64,000 bases of DNA from Patescibacteria group bacterium (lineage in GTDB: Bacteria; Patescibacteriota; Patescibacteriia; SG8-24): positions 23,432-87,431 of the forward strand of contig JBAYFM010000002.1 in assembly GCA_041667185.1 (NCBI GenBank), written 5' to 3'. Shown one piece after another: positions 36,305 to 46,057 of the stretch. Under the pieces are notes generated by a model. The model made no database searches. It saw only the letters and a list, made by a program, of their open reading frames with translations, and was not told where the DNA came from. Both the position numbers and the translations under genes were made by a program. Positions within the stretch are counted from its first letter, which is position 1. Each line of letters starts with the position of its first letter.

Positions 36305-37121
36305 AATTCGGCGTCAGCAGGTCAGCGATCCATTCCAGGGTCAATTTCGAGGTCCGGACGTTCTTCGTCAGATCGCCGCCGCAGATGATCATCTTCTTCG
36401 AATGATGCAGATACCAATTGGCCTCCGGTTCGACCTGCATGATCTGCTGATAGACCGGCGTCAGATCGATGCGCGACCCGGCGAAAGCACGGATGTTGTG
36501 GTAATTGCGCTCCTTGTTGACGTAGACGATCAGATCGAAGCCGCGCTGAAAGGCGAAAGCCTCGATGTCGCGGGCCGAGGTGCTCACGGCCGCCGCCGGA
36601 CCGTAGATCGACTCGAATTCGATGTGAGTCTTCCAGTCGTCCTCCAGGACCGCTTCGTTCTTCTGGGCCGCGAACAACGCATCGCAGACGGTCAGTCCCA
36701 GCGACATCAGGGCTTCGTCGCTGCCGGTGAGCTGTCGATGGAACGCCAGGATGGCGTGCAGGCTGAAACTGTGATGCGGAATCTTGTGGAGCTGTCCAGT
36801 GTCGTCCAGCTTGACCCAGTCGATGAGTTTGTCGAGGCCGCGCGTTTCCAGCGCGTCTGATTTGACACCGCTCTGCCGCAGGTGTTTCAGGATCAGCGAG
36901 GCCGCGCATTCGCCGACGTCGCCCTTGTGCTCGTCGAACTCGCCGCTGCCGACGCCGACGCTGATCCTGTCGGCTGCCGCGCCATCGCTGCTGTCGCGTT
37001 CGTTCGCGGCGACATACTCGATCTTGGCGTCGCGATATTCCTCAGGCAAAAAACGCTTCAGCAGCCAGATGGCAGCCACCTCGTCGAGATGCGGACGGAC
37101 GTGCGTGACGATGGTCTTCAT
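36282..37121 (-). CDS. Putative MYG1/UPF0160-like metal-dependent hydrolase (weak assignment)
   Basis: 279 aa. The N-terminus VTHVRPHLDEVAAIWLL resembles the MYG1 T-H-x-G-x-F-H-x-D-E-x-x-A start. It overlaps the dnaG start by 23 nt. Confidence 0.35.
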   Translation of the reverse strand: MKTIVTHVRPHLDEVAAIWLLKRFLPEEYRDAKIEYVAANERDSSDGAAADRISVGVGSGEFDEHKGDVGECAASLILKHLRQSGVKSDALETRGLDKLIDWVKLDDTGQLHKIPHHSFSLHAILAFHRQLTGSDEALMSLGLTVCDALFAAQKNEAVLEDDWKTHIEFESIYGPAAAVSTSARDIEAFAFQRGFDLIVYVNKERNYHNIRAFAGSRIDLTPVYQQIMQVEPEANWYLHHSKKMIICGGDLTKNVRTSKLTLEWIADLLTPNYVRQQRY

Positions 37122-37124
37122 AGT

Positions 37125-37440
37125 GCGGGAGTGAGGGGGGGGGTTGAGAGTGCTGGAGTGCTGGAGTGCTGGAGAGACGGAGTGGAATGTCGGAGTGTCG
37201 AAGAGGCGGAGTAATGAGAGGTGTATTCTTCGCTTCTCCCCTGCTTCTGAGTTGGCCGTATTTTACCTTAAACCGGCGCAAACATCAAAATAAACAGGCT
37301 AAAAGTTCTGGAGTGCGGGAGTCAGGGAGAGACGGAGTCAGGGAGTGCTGAAGTACTGGAGTTCTGAAGGGCGGGAATGACATGTGTTAAATGCACGCGT
37401 CAGCTAAAGCTGATGGTTTATGGGGGAATAATAAAAGGAC
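37125..37440. repeat. Composite intergenic repeat element, copy R3 (octamer-periodic GGAGTGCT repeats)
   Basis: AGTGCGGGAGTGAG-G10-TTGAGAGTGCTGGAGTGCTGGAGTGCTGGAGAGACGGAGTGGAATGTCGGAG..., then CTGGAGTGCGGGAGTCAGGGAGAGACGGAGTCAGGGAGTGCTG and GAAGGGCGGGAATGACATG. The last matches GGGCGGGAATGACAAT in R1. Confidence 0.55.
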
Positions 37441-37465
37441 GCGATTTCGCGCCCTTAGGGTGTTC

Positions 37466-38008
37466 TCAGCAGCCGATAATGGACCGCCAATCGTCCCAGC
37501 GGACCAAGCGCCGCTTGTCGGCCACGGTACGATTATAAGGAACATCGAAGATCACGTGCTCCCACACGGGCGGCAAAGCGCCGGTGATCGCGGGGTTGTC
37601 GTCGATGAGAATGTCGCCCCGCACCAACGTCTTATCGCCGGTCAGGATGATCCGGCCGACCAGATCCGGTCCCAGGTTTTGCCCGACCCACTGGAATTTC
37701 TCCGTCGCGCAGGTCGGACAGCCCGGCATCGGCGCCGTGCAGAAGAAGACCCGGTGTCCGTGCGTCAACATCTCGCGAACAGCCGCCTGGCCGCCGGCGA
37801 TCGGCGGGAGTCCCAGGAAAAATCCCGGCTCGCGGATCAGCTCCTGGATCGGATCGCGGCACCAGGATGGATATTGCTTGTGCATCCCGAAGACCGTGCG
37901 CTGATCGCGAGTGATGCAGGGATACGACGGGTGGCGTTGGCGCCAGCGCTCCAGGAAACCGCCTTCGAAATCAGCCAATACGTCATCCAAGTCGATGAGG
38001 ATGATCAT
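37466..38008 (-). CDS. 5'(3')-deoxyribonucleotidase-like HAD-superfamily phosphatase (NT5C family)
   Basis: Start at MIILIDLDDVLADFEGGF (DxDxV HAD motif I) with RBS GGAGG. The rest resembles the NT5C-type fold (FFCTAP..., ILIDDNP). Confidence 0.65.
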   Translation of the reverse strand: MIILIDLDDVLADFEGGFLERWRQRHPSYPCITRDQRTVFGMHKQYPSWCRDPIQELIREPGFFLGLPPIAGGQAAVREMLTHGHRVFFCTAPMPGCPTCATEKFQWVGQNLGPDLVGRIILTGDKTLVRGDILIDDNPAITGALPPVWEHVIFDVPYNRTVADKRRLVRWDDWRSIIGC

Positions 38009-38084
38009 CTCAGACCTCCGGTCCAAAAAAAAGAACCGCAGGCAACTTAACACAGCCTCCGGTCGGTGACAACTGACGGTCGGT

Positions 38085-38738
38085 TCACAGCCCCAGCCGT
38101 TGCGCTAATTCAGGGTAAGTATCCACGACCGGATTGGCCGACAATTCCAGAAGCCGTTCCCTGGGAAAAGTGGTAGTGATCCCAGCGGCGCGGCAGCCGG
38201 CGGCCAGGGCCGAGCGGATGCCGTTGTCCGAATCCTCGATGACCAGACAGGCGGCGGGTTCGATCTTCAGGCGCTTGGCGGCGAGCAGGTACGGTTCGGG
38301 GTGCGGCTTGCCGTGCATCACGTCCTCGGCCGTCACCACGGCGTCGAAATAATCATGGAGTCGGTAAGCATCGAAAATGGCGCGCTGGACCGGCGCGAGA
38401 CTGGAGGTCGCTAGGCCGATCTTGGCGAACTTCGGACGGGCGAGCCTGATGAATTCGACGACGCCCGGCACGAGCGGCAGTCGCTCCGACGTGAGCCGGA
38501 AATAATGCACCAGCTTGCGCTCGATGAGATCGGCGATCGGGATGTCGCGGCCGGCGTATTCCGCGACGGCTTTCCTAAAAATAGCGGCGTCGGTCAGCCC
38601 TTTGAACGCGTGCCACTCCGACCGCGGCACTTCAAAACCGAAATCCAGACAGGCCAGGTGCTCGGCCTCGGCGTGCAAAGGCTCGGTGTCAGTGATGACG
38701 CCGTCGAGGTCGAAGATGAGCGCTTGGAGTTCGCGCAT
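38085..38738 (-). CDS. HAD-IA family hydrolase (beta-phosphoglucomutase/phosphatase-like)
   Basis: 217 aa. Motif I LIFDLDGVITDTE, motif II GLATSS, motif III/IV K...LVIEDSDNGIRSALAAG. Confidence 0.8.
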   Translation of the reverse strand: MRELQALIFDLDGVITDTEPLHAEAEHLACLDFGFEVPRSEWHAFKGLTDAAIFRKAVAEYAGRDIPIADLIERKLVHYFRLTSERLPLVPGVVEFIRLARPKFAKIGLATSSLAPVQRAIFDAYRLHDYFDAVVTAEDVMHGKPHPEPYLLAAKRLKIEPAACLVIEDSDNGIRSALAAGCRAAGITTTFPRERLLELSANPVVDTYPELAQRLGL

Positions 38739-38755
38739 AACGGATCTGCGGTGGC

Positions 38756-39238
38756 CTAAGGAGCCGGTTCGGCCGCGGCCGCCTTTTTGATCAACAACAA
38801 TCTGACCACGCCGTAGGTCCCGTCAACGTTCTTATGGCCCTCGATGCGCACATCATCATCCGCTCCGAGCCGGGTCAGGTCGCAGGCCTGGAATTCAGCC
38901 CCGAAACGACAGAGACTGTCCTCAGCGAAACAGAGCGGCGCGAATTGCAGCGGCTTGCGCAATTTTTTGTAGACCAGCGACCAGCCGGTGCCGGGTTCAG
39001 CGGCGGCCTCGTTTTTATTGTTGAGCCACCCCGTCTCGAACAGATCCGGCTCGCCGAGTTCGCAGACCGGCTTCGGAGGCAGTGGCGCGATTACGCCCGA
39101 TCCCGTGGCCGCTGGCGAGACTGTGGGCGCCAGGACCTGCCGGCCGGATAACCAATAGACGACCGCGATGACCGCGAGCGCGATGGCCGCTGACGCCGCC
39201 GCCTTGATGAGAAGATTGCCGCTCTTGGTCTGGGCCAT
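38756..39238 (-). CDS. Hypothetical membrane-anchored protein
   Basis: 160 aa. N-terminal TM segment (AAASAAIALAVIAVVYWL), Pro-rich linker, and a Cys-containing C-terminal domain. Confidence 0.45.
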   Translation of the reverse strand: MAQTKSGNLLIKAAASAAIALAVIAVVYWLSGRQVLAPTVSPAATGSGVIAPLPPKPVCELGEPDLFETGWLNNKNEAAAEPGTGWSLVYKKLRKPLQFAPLCFAEDSLCRFGAEFQACDLTRLGADDDVRIEGHKNVDGTYGVVRLLLIKKAAAAEPAP

Positions 39239-39385
39239 AATTTTGGTCAGGTATTCAATAGCTGTATCTTAGCTAATTTCCGGCTCTTTGAGTAGCGACA
39301 GCGGCGGCTTGGTCAGATGACGTTGATATCCTAATATATTACAAAACCGCCCTTTAGCAGGACGGTCTGTAATCTGTCAGCAAGA

Positions 39386-39838
39386 TTAGATATCGGATCG
39401 CGTCATCCGTCCGGATGCAGCAGACTCAAACCTGACCGACAGGGAGACGACCAGGATAATGATGAAGAACACCAGGCCGTAAGCACAGGTTGACAGGCCG
39501 AGTCGTCCGAAGGCGCGAAAACCCGAGGTAAACCAGGTCGCGATCTCGCCGACAGTGAACGAACCGGCGAACATGACGCCCAGGCTGGCGATGAGAGTGT
39601 TCACCGCGACCGGCCATTTGGCCCTAACCCCGAACGCCCAGGCGTAGGCGGTCGAGACGAACATCGTGGAGAACAGGGCGAATCCGAAGTAACAGGCTGG
39701 AAAACCCAGGAAGACCGGGCAGCCTTCCCGGAACGCGCAGACGCCGCTGAAGAATCTTGTGCCGGCCAAGTAGCCGGAGAACATCGTGCCGGCCAAAGTG
39801 ATGGAAAGGGCGAATTTGAGGTAACGGTTGGGGTTCAT
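39386..39838 (-). CDS. Hypothetical 4-TM membrane protein with a CxxxxxxC pair (possible thiol-redox/VKOR-like; uncertain)
   Basis: 150 aa. SGVCAFREGCPVFLGFPACYF is followed by several TM helices. Immediately downstream of copA. Confidence 0.4.
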   Translation of the reverse strand: MNPNRYLKFALSITLAGTMFSGYLAGTRFFSGVCAFREGCPVFLGFPACYFGFALFSTMFVSTAYAWAFGVRAKWPVAVNTLIASLGVMFAGSFTVGEIATWFTSGFRAFGRLGLSTCAYGLVFFIIILVVSLSVRFESAASGRMTRSDI

Positions 39839-39847
39839 ATGTGGTGT

Positions 39848-42800
39848 TTACAGCCGAAAGTCGGCCGAGACGTAATGCAGTTCGTCCATGATCGTGCCGG
39901 TCGCGGGCAGAATGTCGATTATGACCGCGCGGTTGCCGAAGAAGTTGTCGAGCGTATCGCCGACTTTGGTGAACAGTTTTTCACTAATCATCATCTCGGC
40001 CTCGCGGCTGCCGACGGCGACCGGTTGATAGGATTGTCCGCCGAGTTTCAGCGGCGCAAAGCTGTCAAAGCCGATCCGGTCAGCGAAGCTGTCGGGCAGG
40101 GTGCCGGCAGCGATCGGGTAGAAGACCTTGAGTTGGTTGCCGGCGACCGCGAAGCGGAGGTCCGCGACGGCGGTCAGCCGGGCGTAGGTCGCGGCATTCA
40201 GCAGATGGAACCTGTCGAGCAGAGTATCCGTCGGTTCCAGGATGCCAGCGACAGTGATCTGCGGCAGACCGAAGAAGTTCTTGACGACGTCGCCGGGTTT
40301 GGCGAACAGTTTTTCGGCAATCATCATCGCCGCCTCATCGGAGCCGATCAGCATCTCGTTGTCATTGAGAGCCGCGATACCTTGTTTGGCTTTGATGACC
40401 ACCGGGTCCACGGAGTCGATACCGACGAATAATTTCGGGCTGCCTTCAGAGAAACCGATTTTGGCTTTTTGTCTGGCCAGGTAGCTGATGACCGGCACAG
40501 CAGCTTTTAGAGTCGTTTCCGCCTTTGAGTCGACGTTCATGCCGACCGATACAGTGGTCTTGTCCTGGACCGCAGCCACCGCCGGCATCTTGGCCGGCGC
40601 CTCGCCCATCGCCGAACTGAACTGCGCGAACTTCAGGAACAGGAAGCCGAACACCAGCACCATGACTGCCGGAGCGGCCAAGGACAACCAGTTGCGCCGC
40701 CGCGGCCTGAAAGTCTTGAGCAGCAATGAATTGGAGACGACCGAGACCGAACTTAGGGCCATGGCCAGGCCCGCCAGTTCAGGTTTAAGGATCAGTCCGA
40801 GCGCGACGAAGACTCGCGCCGCGATCGGGATGCCGACGACGTTGTAGAACAGGGCAAAGAACATGTTCTGCCGGATCTTGCCCATGGTCTCCCGCGACAG
40901 CTCGATGGCCGTCACCACGTCGTTCAGATCGTTCTTCATGATGACGATACCGCCGGTCTCCATGGCGACGTCCGTGCCGCCGCCCATGGCGATGCCGAGG
41001 TCGGCCTGGGCCAGCGCCGGCGCGTCGTTTATGCCGTCGCCGACCATGGCGACCTTCTTGCCAGCCTCCTGTAGACGTTTCACTTCGCGCGCCTTATCCT
41101 CGGGCAGGACCTCCGCGAGCACCGAGGTGATGCCGACCTGCGAGGCGATGAACCGAGCCGTCCGCTCGTTGTCGCCGGTGATCATCCAGGTCTCGATGCC
41201 CATCTTCTGGAGCTTCTCCACGGCTGCATGCGAGGTCTCTTTCACCTTGTCGGCCACGGCCAAAGCCCCGACGACCCCCTTGACGTCGGCGAGCAGCATG
41301 ACCGTCTTGCCCTGGTCCTCCAGTCTGGCGATCTTGCGCTCGTACAGCGCGATGTCATGTCCGACGATCTCCGTCATCAGCTTGCGGTTGCCGAACCAGT
41401 AAGCAACGCCGGCGACCTTGGCCGTGACGCCGTGTCCGGGGATCGCTTTAAAATCACCCGCTTCTTCCGTTCCGTAAGCCTCCTCTTCGGCGTAGTTGCA
41501 GATGGCTTCGGCGAGCGGGTGTTCGGACAGCTTCTCGATGCTGGCCGCGATGCACACGACCTCGTCCGCCGGCAGACCTCCGAACGTCAGCACTTCGGTG
41601 ACCTCGGGTTTGCCCTTGGTCAGCGTGCCGGTCTTATCGAAGATGACGGCCTTGATCTTGCAGGCCGCCTCGAGCGGTTCGCCGCCCTTGATGAGAATGC
41701 CATGTTCCGCTCCCTTGCCGGTGCCGACCATGATGGCCGTAGGCGTGGCGAGTCCCAAAGCGCAGGGACAGGCGATGACGAGCACCGCCGTGAACGCCAT
41801 GAGCGCGAAGGACAGGCTGGCGCCCAGGAGCAGCCAGACCCCGAAGGTGACCGCGGCGATCACCAGCACGATGGGAACGAACCGGGCTGAGATGCGGTCG
41901 GCGAAGGCCTGGATCGGGGCCTTGGAGCCCTGGGCCTGTTCGATGAGCTGGATGATCTGCGCCAGAGCCGTTTCGGAACCGACGCGCGTGGCGCGGAACT
42001 CGAAACTGCCGTTCTTGTTGATCGTGGCGCCGATGACCTTGTCGCCGGCGCCCTTATCCACCGGCAAGCTCTCGCCGGTGATCATCGATTCGTCGACGGC
42101 CGAGGAACCGGAGACGATCTCGCCGTCCACCGGCACCTTCTCGCCGGGACGGACGATGACGATGTCGCCCTTCACGACCTGATCGGTCGGGATGTCGACC
42201 ATCGAGCTGCCGCGCTTGACTCGCGCCGTCTTGGCCTGCAGCCCCATGAGCCTTTTCAGCGCCTCCGAGGTCTTGCTCTTGGTGCGCGTCTCGAGCCATT
42301 TGCCCAGCATGACGAAGGTGATGAGGAACGCCGACGTCTCGAAGTAGAGTTCCGGTATCTTCGCGCCGCCGAGGCCGATCAGGCTGTTGTTGGCTAGGGC
42401 GTAGAGGACGAAGTTGACGACGCTGTAGACGAAGGCTGTCGTCGTGCCGATGGCGATGAGGCTGTCCATGTTGAATGTCCTCATCTTCAGGCTGGACCAC
42501 ATGCCGCGGTAGAAGCCTGCACCGATGACGAACTGGACCGGCGCCGCGAGGACGAACGATACGAGCCCGGCCCATGGCCACAGGAGGGCGCGTCCGGGCA
42601 CCCAAGCAAAGAAGTCGAAGAGCATGAACCAGAGCATCGGCAGGCTCAAGACCAGGCCAACCAGGAACCGGTTGCGGTAAGAGGCGGTTTCGGCCGCTCG
42701 CCGGCGGCGTTCTTCTTCGGGATCGGTCTTGTCAGCAACCTGGGCGCGGTAGCCGGTCTTCCGGATGCGCTCGACCAGGGCGTTGACGTCCGTCATCTGC

Positions 42801-43561
42801 CCGTCAAAGACAACGTGCGCCTTTTCGGCCGCGAAGTTGACGTAGGCTTCCTTGACCCCCTTTTCATTCCGTAAGCTCCGTTCGATGAGGCCGGCGCAGG
42901 ACGAGCAGTGCATCCCGCTGATCGTGAAAGTCGTCCGGCGCTCGCCCGCGGCCTCTTCCGGCCGCTGAACCGGCGCTTCTTGAAGTTCGCGGCTCTTTGA
43001 AGCCGGTTCAACGATGGTGTGGCCGGGATCGCCGTCCAAAAGCAGGCCGGAATGAAGCACCCGCGCCAGGCTTTCGACCAATTTTTCGAGTTCGGGAGCG
43101 CCTTTAGGGTATTCGATCGCGCTCTGCCGCCGCGCAGTGATCTTGCCGGAGAAATACGGGCGGCCGGCATCATCGCCGCGCACTTCGCCCTCGGCTTCGG
43201 TCACGGTCTCGTAACTGAGTTTCAATCTGGCACCCCGGCTGACTTCGTCCGCCTCCGCGCGCTGGTCCGCCGGACTTTCCGGTCGAACCGCGGCGACCGC
43301 CGGATCGGGAACAACAACCAGTGGCGCTGCGGCGACCGCTACGCCCGCAGTCATGCTCTCCGAGACGATGCCGTACCCAAGATCCTTGATAGCGGCCTTG
43401 ATGGCCGTGGTCGACGTCCCCTCGTTGGCTTCGACGCGACACTCGCCAGTGGACGCGTCGACACTGACGCCGCGAACCCCGGCCAAGCCGCTCAACGCCT
43501 CGCGGATCAGGGTCTCGCAGGAGCTGCAGTGCAGGCCGCTGAGTTTGAGATCAATGGTCAT
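39848..43561 (-). CDS. copA: Copper-translocating P1B-type ATPase CopA with two N-terminal HMA domains and an unusual ~310-aa C-terminal extension (extra TM plus two tandem repeats)
   Basis: 1237 aa continuous [14 protein letters not shown] and [11 protein letters not shown] (HMA x2), TGES, CPC in TM6 ([13 protein letters not shown]), [17 protein letters not shown]. After the last canonical TM (...[10 protein letters not shown]) the protein continues with a further hydrophobic helix and two ~45-aa repeats ([43 protein letters not shown] and [43 protein letters not shown]). Confidence 0.9.
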   Translation of the reverse strand: MTIDLKLSGLHCSSCETLIREALSGLAGVRGVSVDASTGECRVEANEGTSTTAIKAAIKDLGYGIVSESMTAGVAVAAAPLVVVPDPAVAAVRPESPADQRAEADEVSRGARLKLSYETVTEAEGEVRGDDAGRPYFSGKITARRQSAIEYPKGAPELEKLVESLARVLHSGLLLDGDPGHTIVEPASKSRELQEAPVQRPEEAAGERRTTFTISGMHCSSCAGLIERSLRNEKGVKEAYVNFAAEKAHVVFDGQMTDVNALVERIRKTGYRAQVADKTDPEEERRRRAAETASYRNRFLVGLVLSLPMLWFMLFDFFAWVPGRALLWPWAGLVSFVLAAPVQFVIGAGFYRGMWSSLKMRTFNMDSLIAIGTTTAFVYSVVNFVLYALANNSLIGLGGAKIPELYFETSAFLITFVMLGKWLETRTKSKTSEALKRLMGLQAKTARVKRGSSMVDIPTDQVVKGDIVIVRPGEKVPVDGEIVSGSSAVDESMITGESLPVDKGAGDKVIGATINKNGSFEFRATRVGSETALAQIIQLIEQAQGSKAPIQAFADRISARFVPIVLVIAAVTFGVWLLLGASLSFALMAFTAVLVIACPCALGLATPTAIMVGTGKGAEHGILIKGGEPLEAACKIKAVIFDKTGTLTKGKPEVTEVLTFGGLPADEVVCIAASIEKLSEHPLAEAICNYAEEEAYGTEEAGDFKAIPGHGVTAKVAGVAYWFGNRKLMTEIVGHDIALYERKIARLEDQGKTVMLLADVKGVVGALAVADKVKETSHAAVEKLQKMGIETWMITGDNERTARFIASQVGITSVLAEVLPEDKAREVKRLQEAGKKVAMVGDGINDAPALAQADLGIAMGGGTDVAMETGGIVIMKNDLNDVVTAIELSRETMGKIRQNMFFALFYNVVGIPIAARVFVALGLILKPELAGLAMALSSVSVVSNSLLLKTFRPRRRNWLSLAAPAVMVLVFGFLFLKFAQFSSAMGEAPAKMPAVAAVQDKTTVSVGMNVDSKAETTLKAAVPVISYLARQKAKIGFSEGSPKLFVGIDSVDPVVIKAKQGIAALNDNEMLIGSDEAAMMIAEKLFAKPGDVVKNFFGLPQITVAGILEPTDTLLDRFHLLNAATYARLTAVADLRFAVAGNQLKVFYPIAAGTLPDSFADRIGFDSFAPLKLGGQSYQPVAVGSREAEMMISEKLFTKVGDTLDNFFGNRAVIIDILPATGTIMDELHYVSADFRL

Positions 43562-43565
43562 ATCT

Positions 43566-43775
43566 TTAAGCCTCGCGGACCTGATAACCCTTCTCCGCGA
43601 GTTTGGCGCGGATGTCTGCGAGGGCGACCGGCTGTCCGGCGGTGACCTTGATCAGGCCGCTGGACTCGTCGGTCAACACCTGTATGACCCCGCTCATTTT
43701 CATGAGAAGCAGGTTGATCATTTTGGAGCAGGCCGAGCATTTAATGTTGGTGACGGTGAATTGCTGTTGATACAT
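43566..43775 (-). CDS. copZ: Copper chaperone CopZ (single HMA domain)
   Basis: Start at [17 protein letters not shown] (M-x-C-x-x-C). 70-aa ferredoxin-like HMA fold ending ...[12 protein letters not shown]. Confidence 0.7.
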   Translation of the reverse strand: MYQQQFTVTNIKCSACSKMINLLLMKMSGVIQVLTDESSGLIKVTAGQPVALADIRAKLAEKGYQVREA

Positions 43776-43800
43776 ATGGATATTAGATTCATCGAGGCCA

Positions 43801-45552
43801 TTATTCGACATGGATCGTGGCCCGCCACATGCCCATGGCGCAGGTGACGTCGTAGTCGCCGGGTTCGGTCGGAATGAACTCGATGACCGTCGGGTCGGGA
43901 TAATTTTCGCGGACGCCGATGCCGAGATCCCGATTCACGAAAGCGACCATGCAGCCGGCGGGCGGCGCGTCCGGCGTGATAGTCCACTCGACCGGCTGGC
44001 CGGCCTTGACGGTGAATTCGTTCGGGGACAGGCCGTAATTATCGCGCGCGTCGATCCGCTGCACCCCGGCGTCGGTTTTGACCGAACCGGTGACCGGAGC
44101 CTTGGGCTGTGCGCCACCGCCGCAGCCGCAGCCGCCTCCGCCGCAGGAACTGCCCGAAACGGGCGGCGGCGCCGGTGACACAGCCGTCGGACCGGCCGCC
44201 GTCGCACCGTTCGAGGCCCCGTCCGTGACATTGAAGACGCCCCGATACATGCCCATGCTGCAGGAGAACGGGATGTCGCCGGCGCTGGTCGGCGTGAATT
44301 CGATGATGTTCTCCCCCTTCCTCAGCTGCCGGGAGATCTTGAACGCCGGCATCGAGATCGAGGCCGCGCAGGATAGTTCAGTTTCCGAAGTGATGATCCA
44401 CCTGACCGGCACGCCTTTCCGGACCGAAAAAACGTTGGGCGCGTAGCCGCCGGCCTTCTGGGTCATGCGCACGGTCTGGACCCCGTTCTGTTCGGTCGCG
44501 GCGGTCGCGGGTCGTTTCAGCTGCGCCGCGGCAGGATCGAAACCGGCGAGCGCCAGGCCATTGCCGAAATTGAGCACTCCGAAGATCAGCACGGCGAGAC
44601 CGACGACCGCGTAGAACAACTTGGCCGCGGCCCCTTTGATGACCGAGGTCAGTCCGCCGATGCCGAGCAGGGCCGGCGCGGTACCCAGCGCGAATAGAGC
44701 CATCACCGCGCCGCCGCGCCAGAAACTGCCGGTGCTGACGGCGTAGAGCTGCGTGGCCTGAGTGAAGCCGCAGGGCAGGAAGAAGGTCAGGGCCCCGGTG
44801 ACCAGCGCCGATGAATGGCTGTACTCCTTGTTGTGGTGGTTCAGACCGAGTCGGCGGCCGATCCAGGAAGGCAGCATCGGTCCGCCCTCCTTGAGCCGTG
44901 GCGACAGGCCGGACAATTTCAGCCCCATGACGATCATGACGGCGCCGACCGCCAAAGTCAGGACCGACAGCAGGCCGTTCGAGAGCTTGAAGACGCTGCC
45001 GGCCGCCCCGAGCAGGCCGCCGAAGAAGGCGTAGCCGGACACGCGTCCCGCGTTGAAGTAGAGGTGCGGCCGGAATTTCTCCCAGGCGGTGGCTTCCGGA
45101 TGACTTTCGGCGTGGCTCGCGGACAGTCCCAGGATGAGGCCGCCGACCAGAGCCATGCAGGTGGAGATGCCAGCGATAAGACCCACGACCAGAGCCATGG
45201 CCAGAGAGACGTTCTTCGTGTCGACGCTGAATCCCAGGGACCCCAGGGCGCGAACGGCGAAATAGAGTACGCCGACGATCAGGACAGCCTTGCCTATATT
45301 GCGGTAATCCTCGTGGTTGTCGGAAATCCAGGGCAACGGTCCGGAACTACCGATCTCATAACCGCTTTCCTTGACCGCCCGGATGATTTCCTCACGGCTC
45401 GGTATGTCGGCGCCATGACGGATCGATGCCTCGCCTTTCCGATAATCGACTTTGACATGATCGACCCCCTGAACTTGCCCAATCTTATCCTCGAGCAACA
45501 GTTCGCAGGAGCGACAATGCATTCCTTTAATTGGTATAACAAAATGCTTCAT
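43801..45552 (-). CDS. HMA-domain membrane protein of the TauE/SafE / DsbD-TM type, with two C-terminal cupredoxin-like Cys-x-MGM(Y/W)R domains separated by a Cys/Gly-rich linker
   Basis: N-terminal HMA (GMHCRSCELLLED), then ~8 TM helices containing a conserved Cys pair region (GISTCMALVGGLILG ... FFLPCGFTQATQ). The C-terminus carries two repeats ending FSCSMGMYRGVFNV and VTCAMGMWRATIHV, separated by GSSCGGGGCGCGGG. Confidence 0.65.
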   Translation of the reverse strand: MKHFVIPIKGMHCRSCELLLEDKIGQVQGVDHVKVDYRKGEASIRHGADIPSREEIIRAVKESGYEIGSSGPLPWISDNHEDYRNIGKAVLIVGVLYFAVRALGSLGFSVDTKNVSLAMALVVGLIAGISTCMALVGGLILGLSASHAESHPEATAWEKFRPHLYFNAGRVSGYAFFGGLLGAAGSVFKLSNGLLSVLTLAVGAVMIVMGLKLSGLSPRLKEGGPMLPSWIGRRLGLNHHNKEYSHSSALVTGALTFFLPCGFTQATQLYAVSTGSFWRGGAVMALFALGTAPALLGIGGLTSVIKGAAAKLFYAVVGLAVLIFGVLNFGNGLALAGFDPAAAQLKRPATAATEQNGVQTVRMTQKAGGYAPNVFSVRKGVPVRWIITSETELSCAASISMPAFKISRQLRKGENIIEFTPTSAGDIPFSCSMGMYRGVFNVTDGASNGATAAGPTAVSPAPPPVSGSSCGGGGCGCGGGAQPKAPVTGSVKTDAGVQRIDARDNYGLSPNEFTVKAGQPVEWTITPDAPPAGCMVAFVNRDLGIGVRENYPDPTVIEFIPTEPGDYDVTCAMGMWRATIHVE

Positions 45553-45597
45553 AGTCTCAGGTATTGAATGAGGACGAACTGAACCTGAACTATGAAG

Positions 45598-46053
45598 CTA
45601 TTCGTTCTTGATGGTCGTGCCGGTGAGCTTCGGAGCGCGATCAAAATGAACTTTTTGGCCGGAAGGATCGGACTCGTTGCTCAAAAGCGACGCTGGCGGG
45701 GACGCGGCCGCGGCGGCAGGAGGCGGGGTGATCGTAAAGGTCCCGCCGGACCGTGACTCGACGTTCGCGTAACCGGTCATATTGTGGCCGTCGGAGTCGC
45801 CGCCCATCGGACATTCCGAAGCCGGCGGATACTGCGATCCGACCATGATTGCGCTTGCCGCATCCGGTACCATCGGAACGTCGACGGACGCGTCCGAAGC
45901 AACCGCTTCATCCGCGCATTCATCGACCGCCGGTAACGAATGATCTTCGGCGGCGAAAGCTATCGGGCCCATCGTCGGGCAGACTAAACAATTGCCGCCC
46001 AGGATGACGGCGGCCGCGACGAACTTCAGCGCTAGTCGATGACTGGAGGACAC
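45598..46053 (-). CDS. Hypothetical secreted protein (possible GTG start, signal peptide) within the cop operon
   Basis: The track ORF overlaps csoR by 62 nt. An in-frame GTG at 46053 yields MSSSHRLALKFVAAAVILGGNCLVCPTMGPIAFA|AEDH... . The mature part has Met/His/Cys/Asp residues (PMVPDAASAIMVGS...ECPMGGDSDGHNMTG) compatible with metal binding. Confidence 0.35.
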   Translation of the reverse strand: MSSSHRLALKFVAAAVILGGNCLVCPTMGPIAFAAEDHSLPAVDECADEAVASDASVDVPMVPDAASAIMVGSQYPPASECPMGGDSDGHNMTGYANVESRSGGTFTITPPPAAAAASPPASLLSNESDPSGQKVHFDRAPKLTGTTIKNE

Positions 46054-46057
46054 AGGA

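Noticed and set aside
35078-36388. 436-aa plus ORF antisense to dnaG and other antisense ORFs (51726-53288 vs ligA, 59534-60979 vs pilB, 62778-63749 vs pilM, 56119-56805 vs pilD)
   Set aside because: All are high-GC antisense shadows of strongly supported genes.
31321-37440. CRISPR array interpretation of the repeated intergenic elements
   Set aside because: The repeats are not regularly spaced with unique spacers. They are composite degenerate modules with no array periodicity, and there are no cas genes in the window.
39848-43561. Possibility that the 1237-aa ORF is two genes (copA plus a downstream periplasmic protein)
   Set aside because: There is no in-frame stop or frameshift in the given sequence. 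The extension is reported as a finding, with the caveat that a sequencing error should be excluded.
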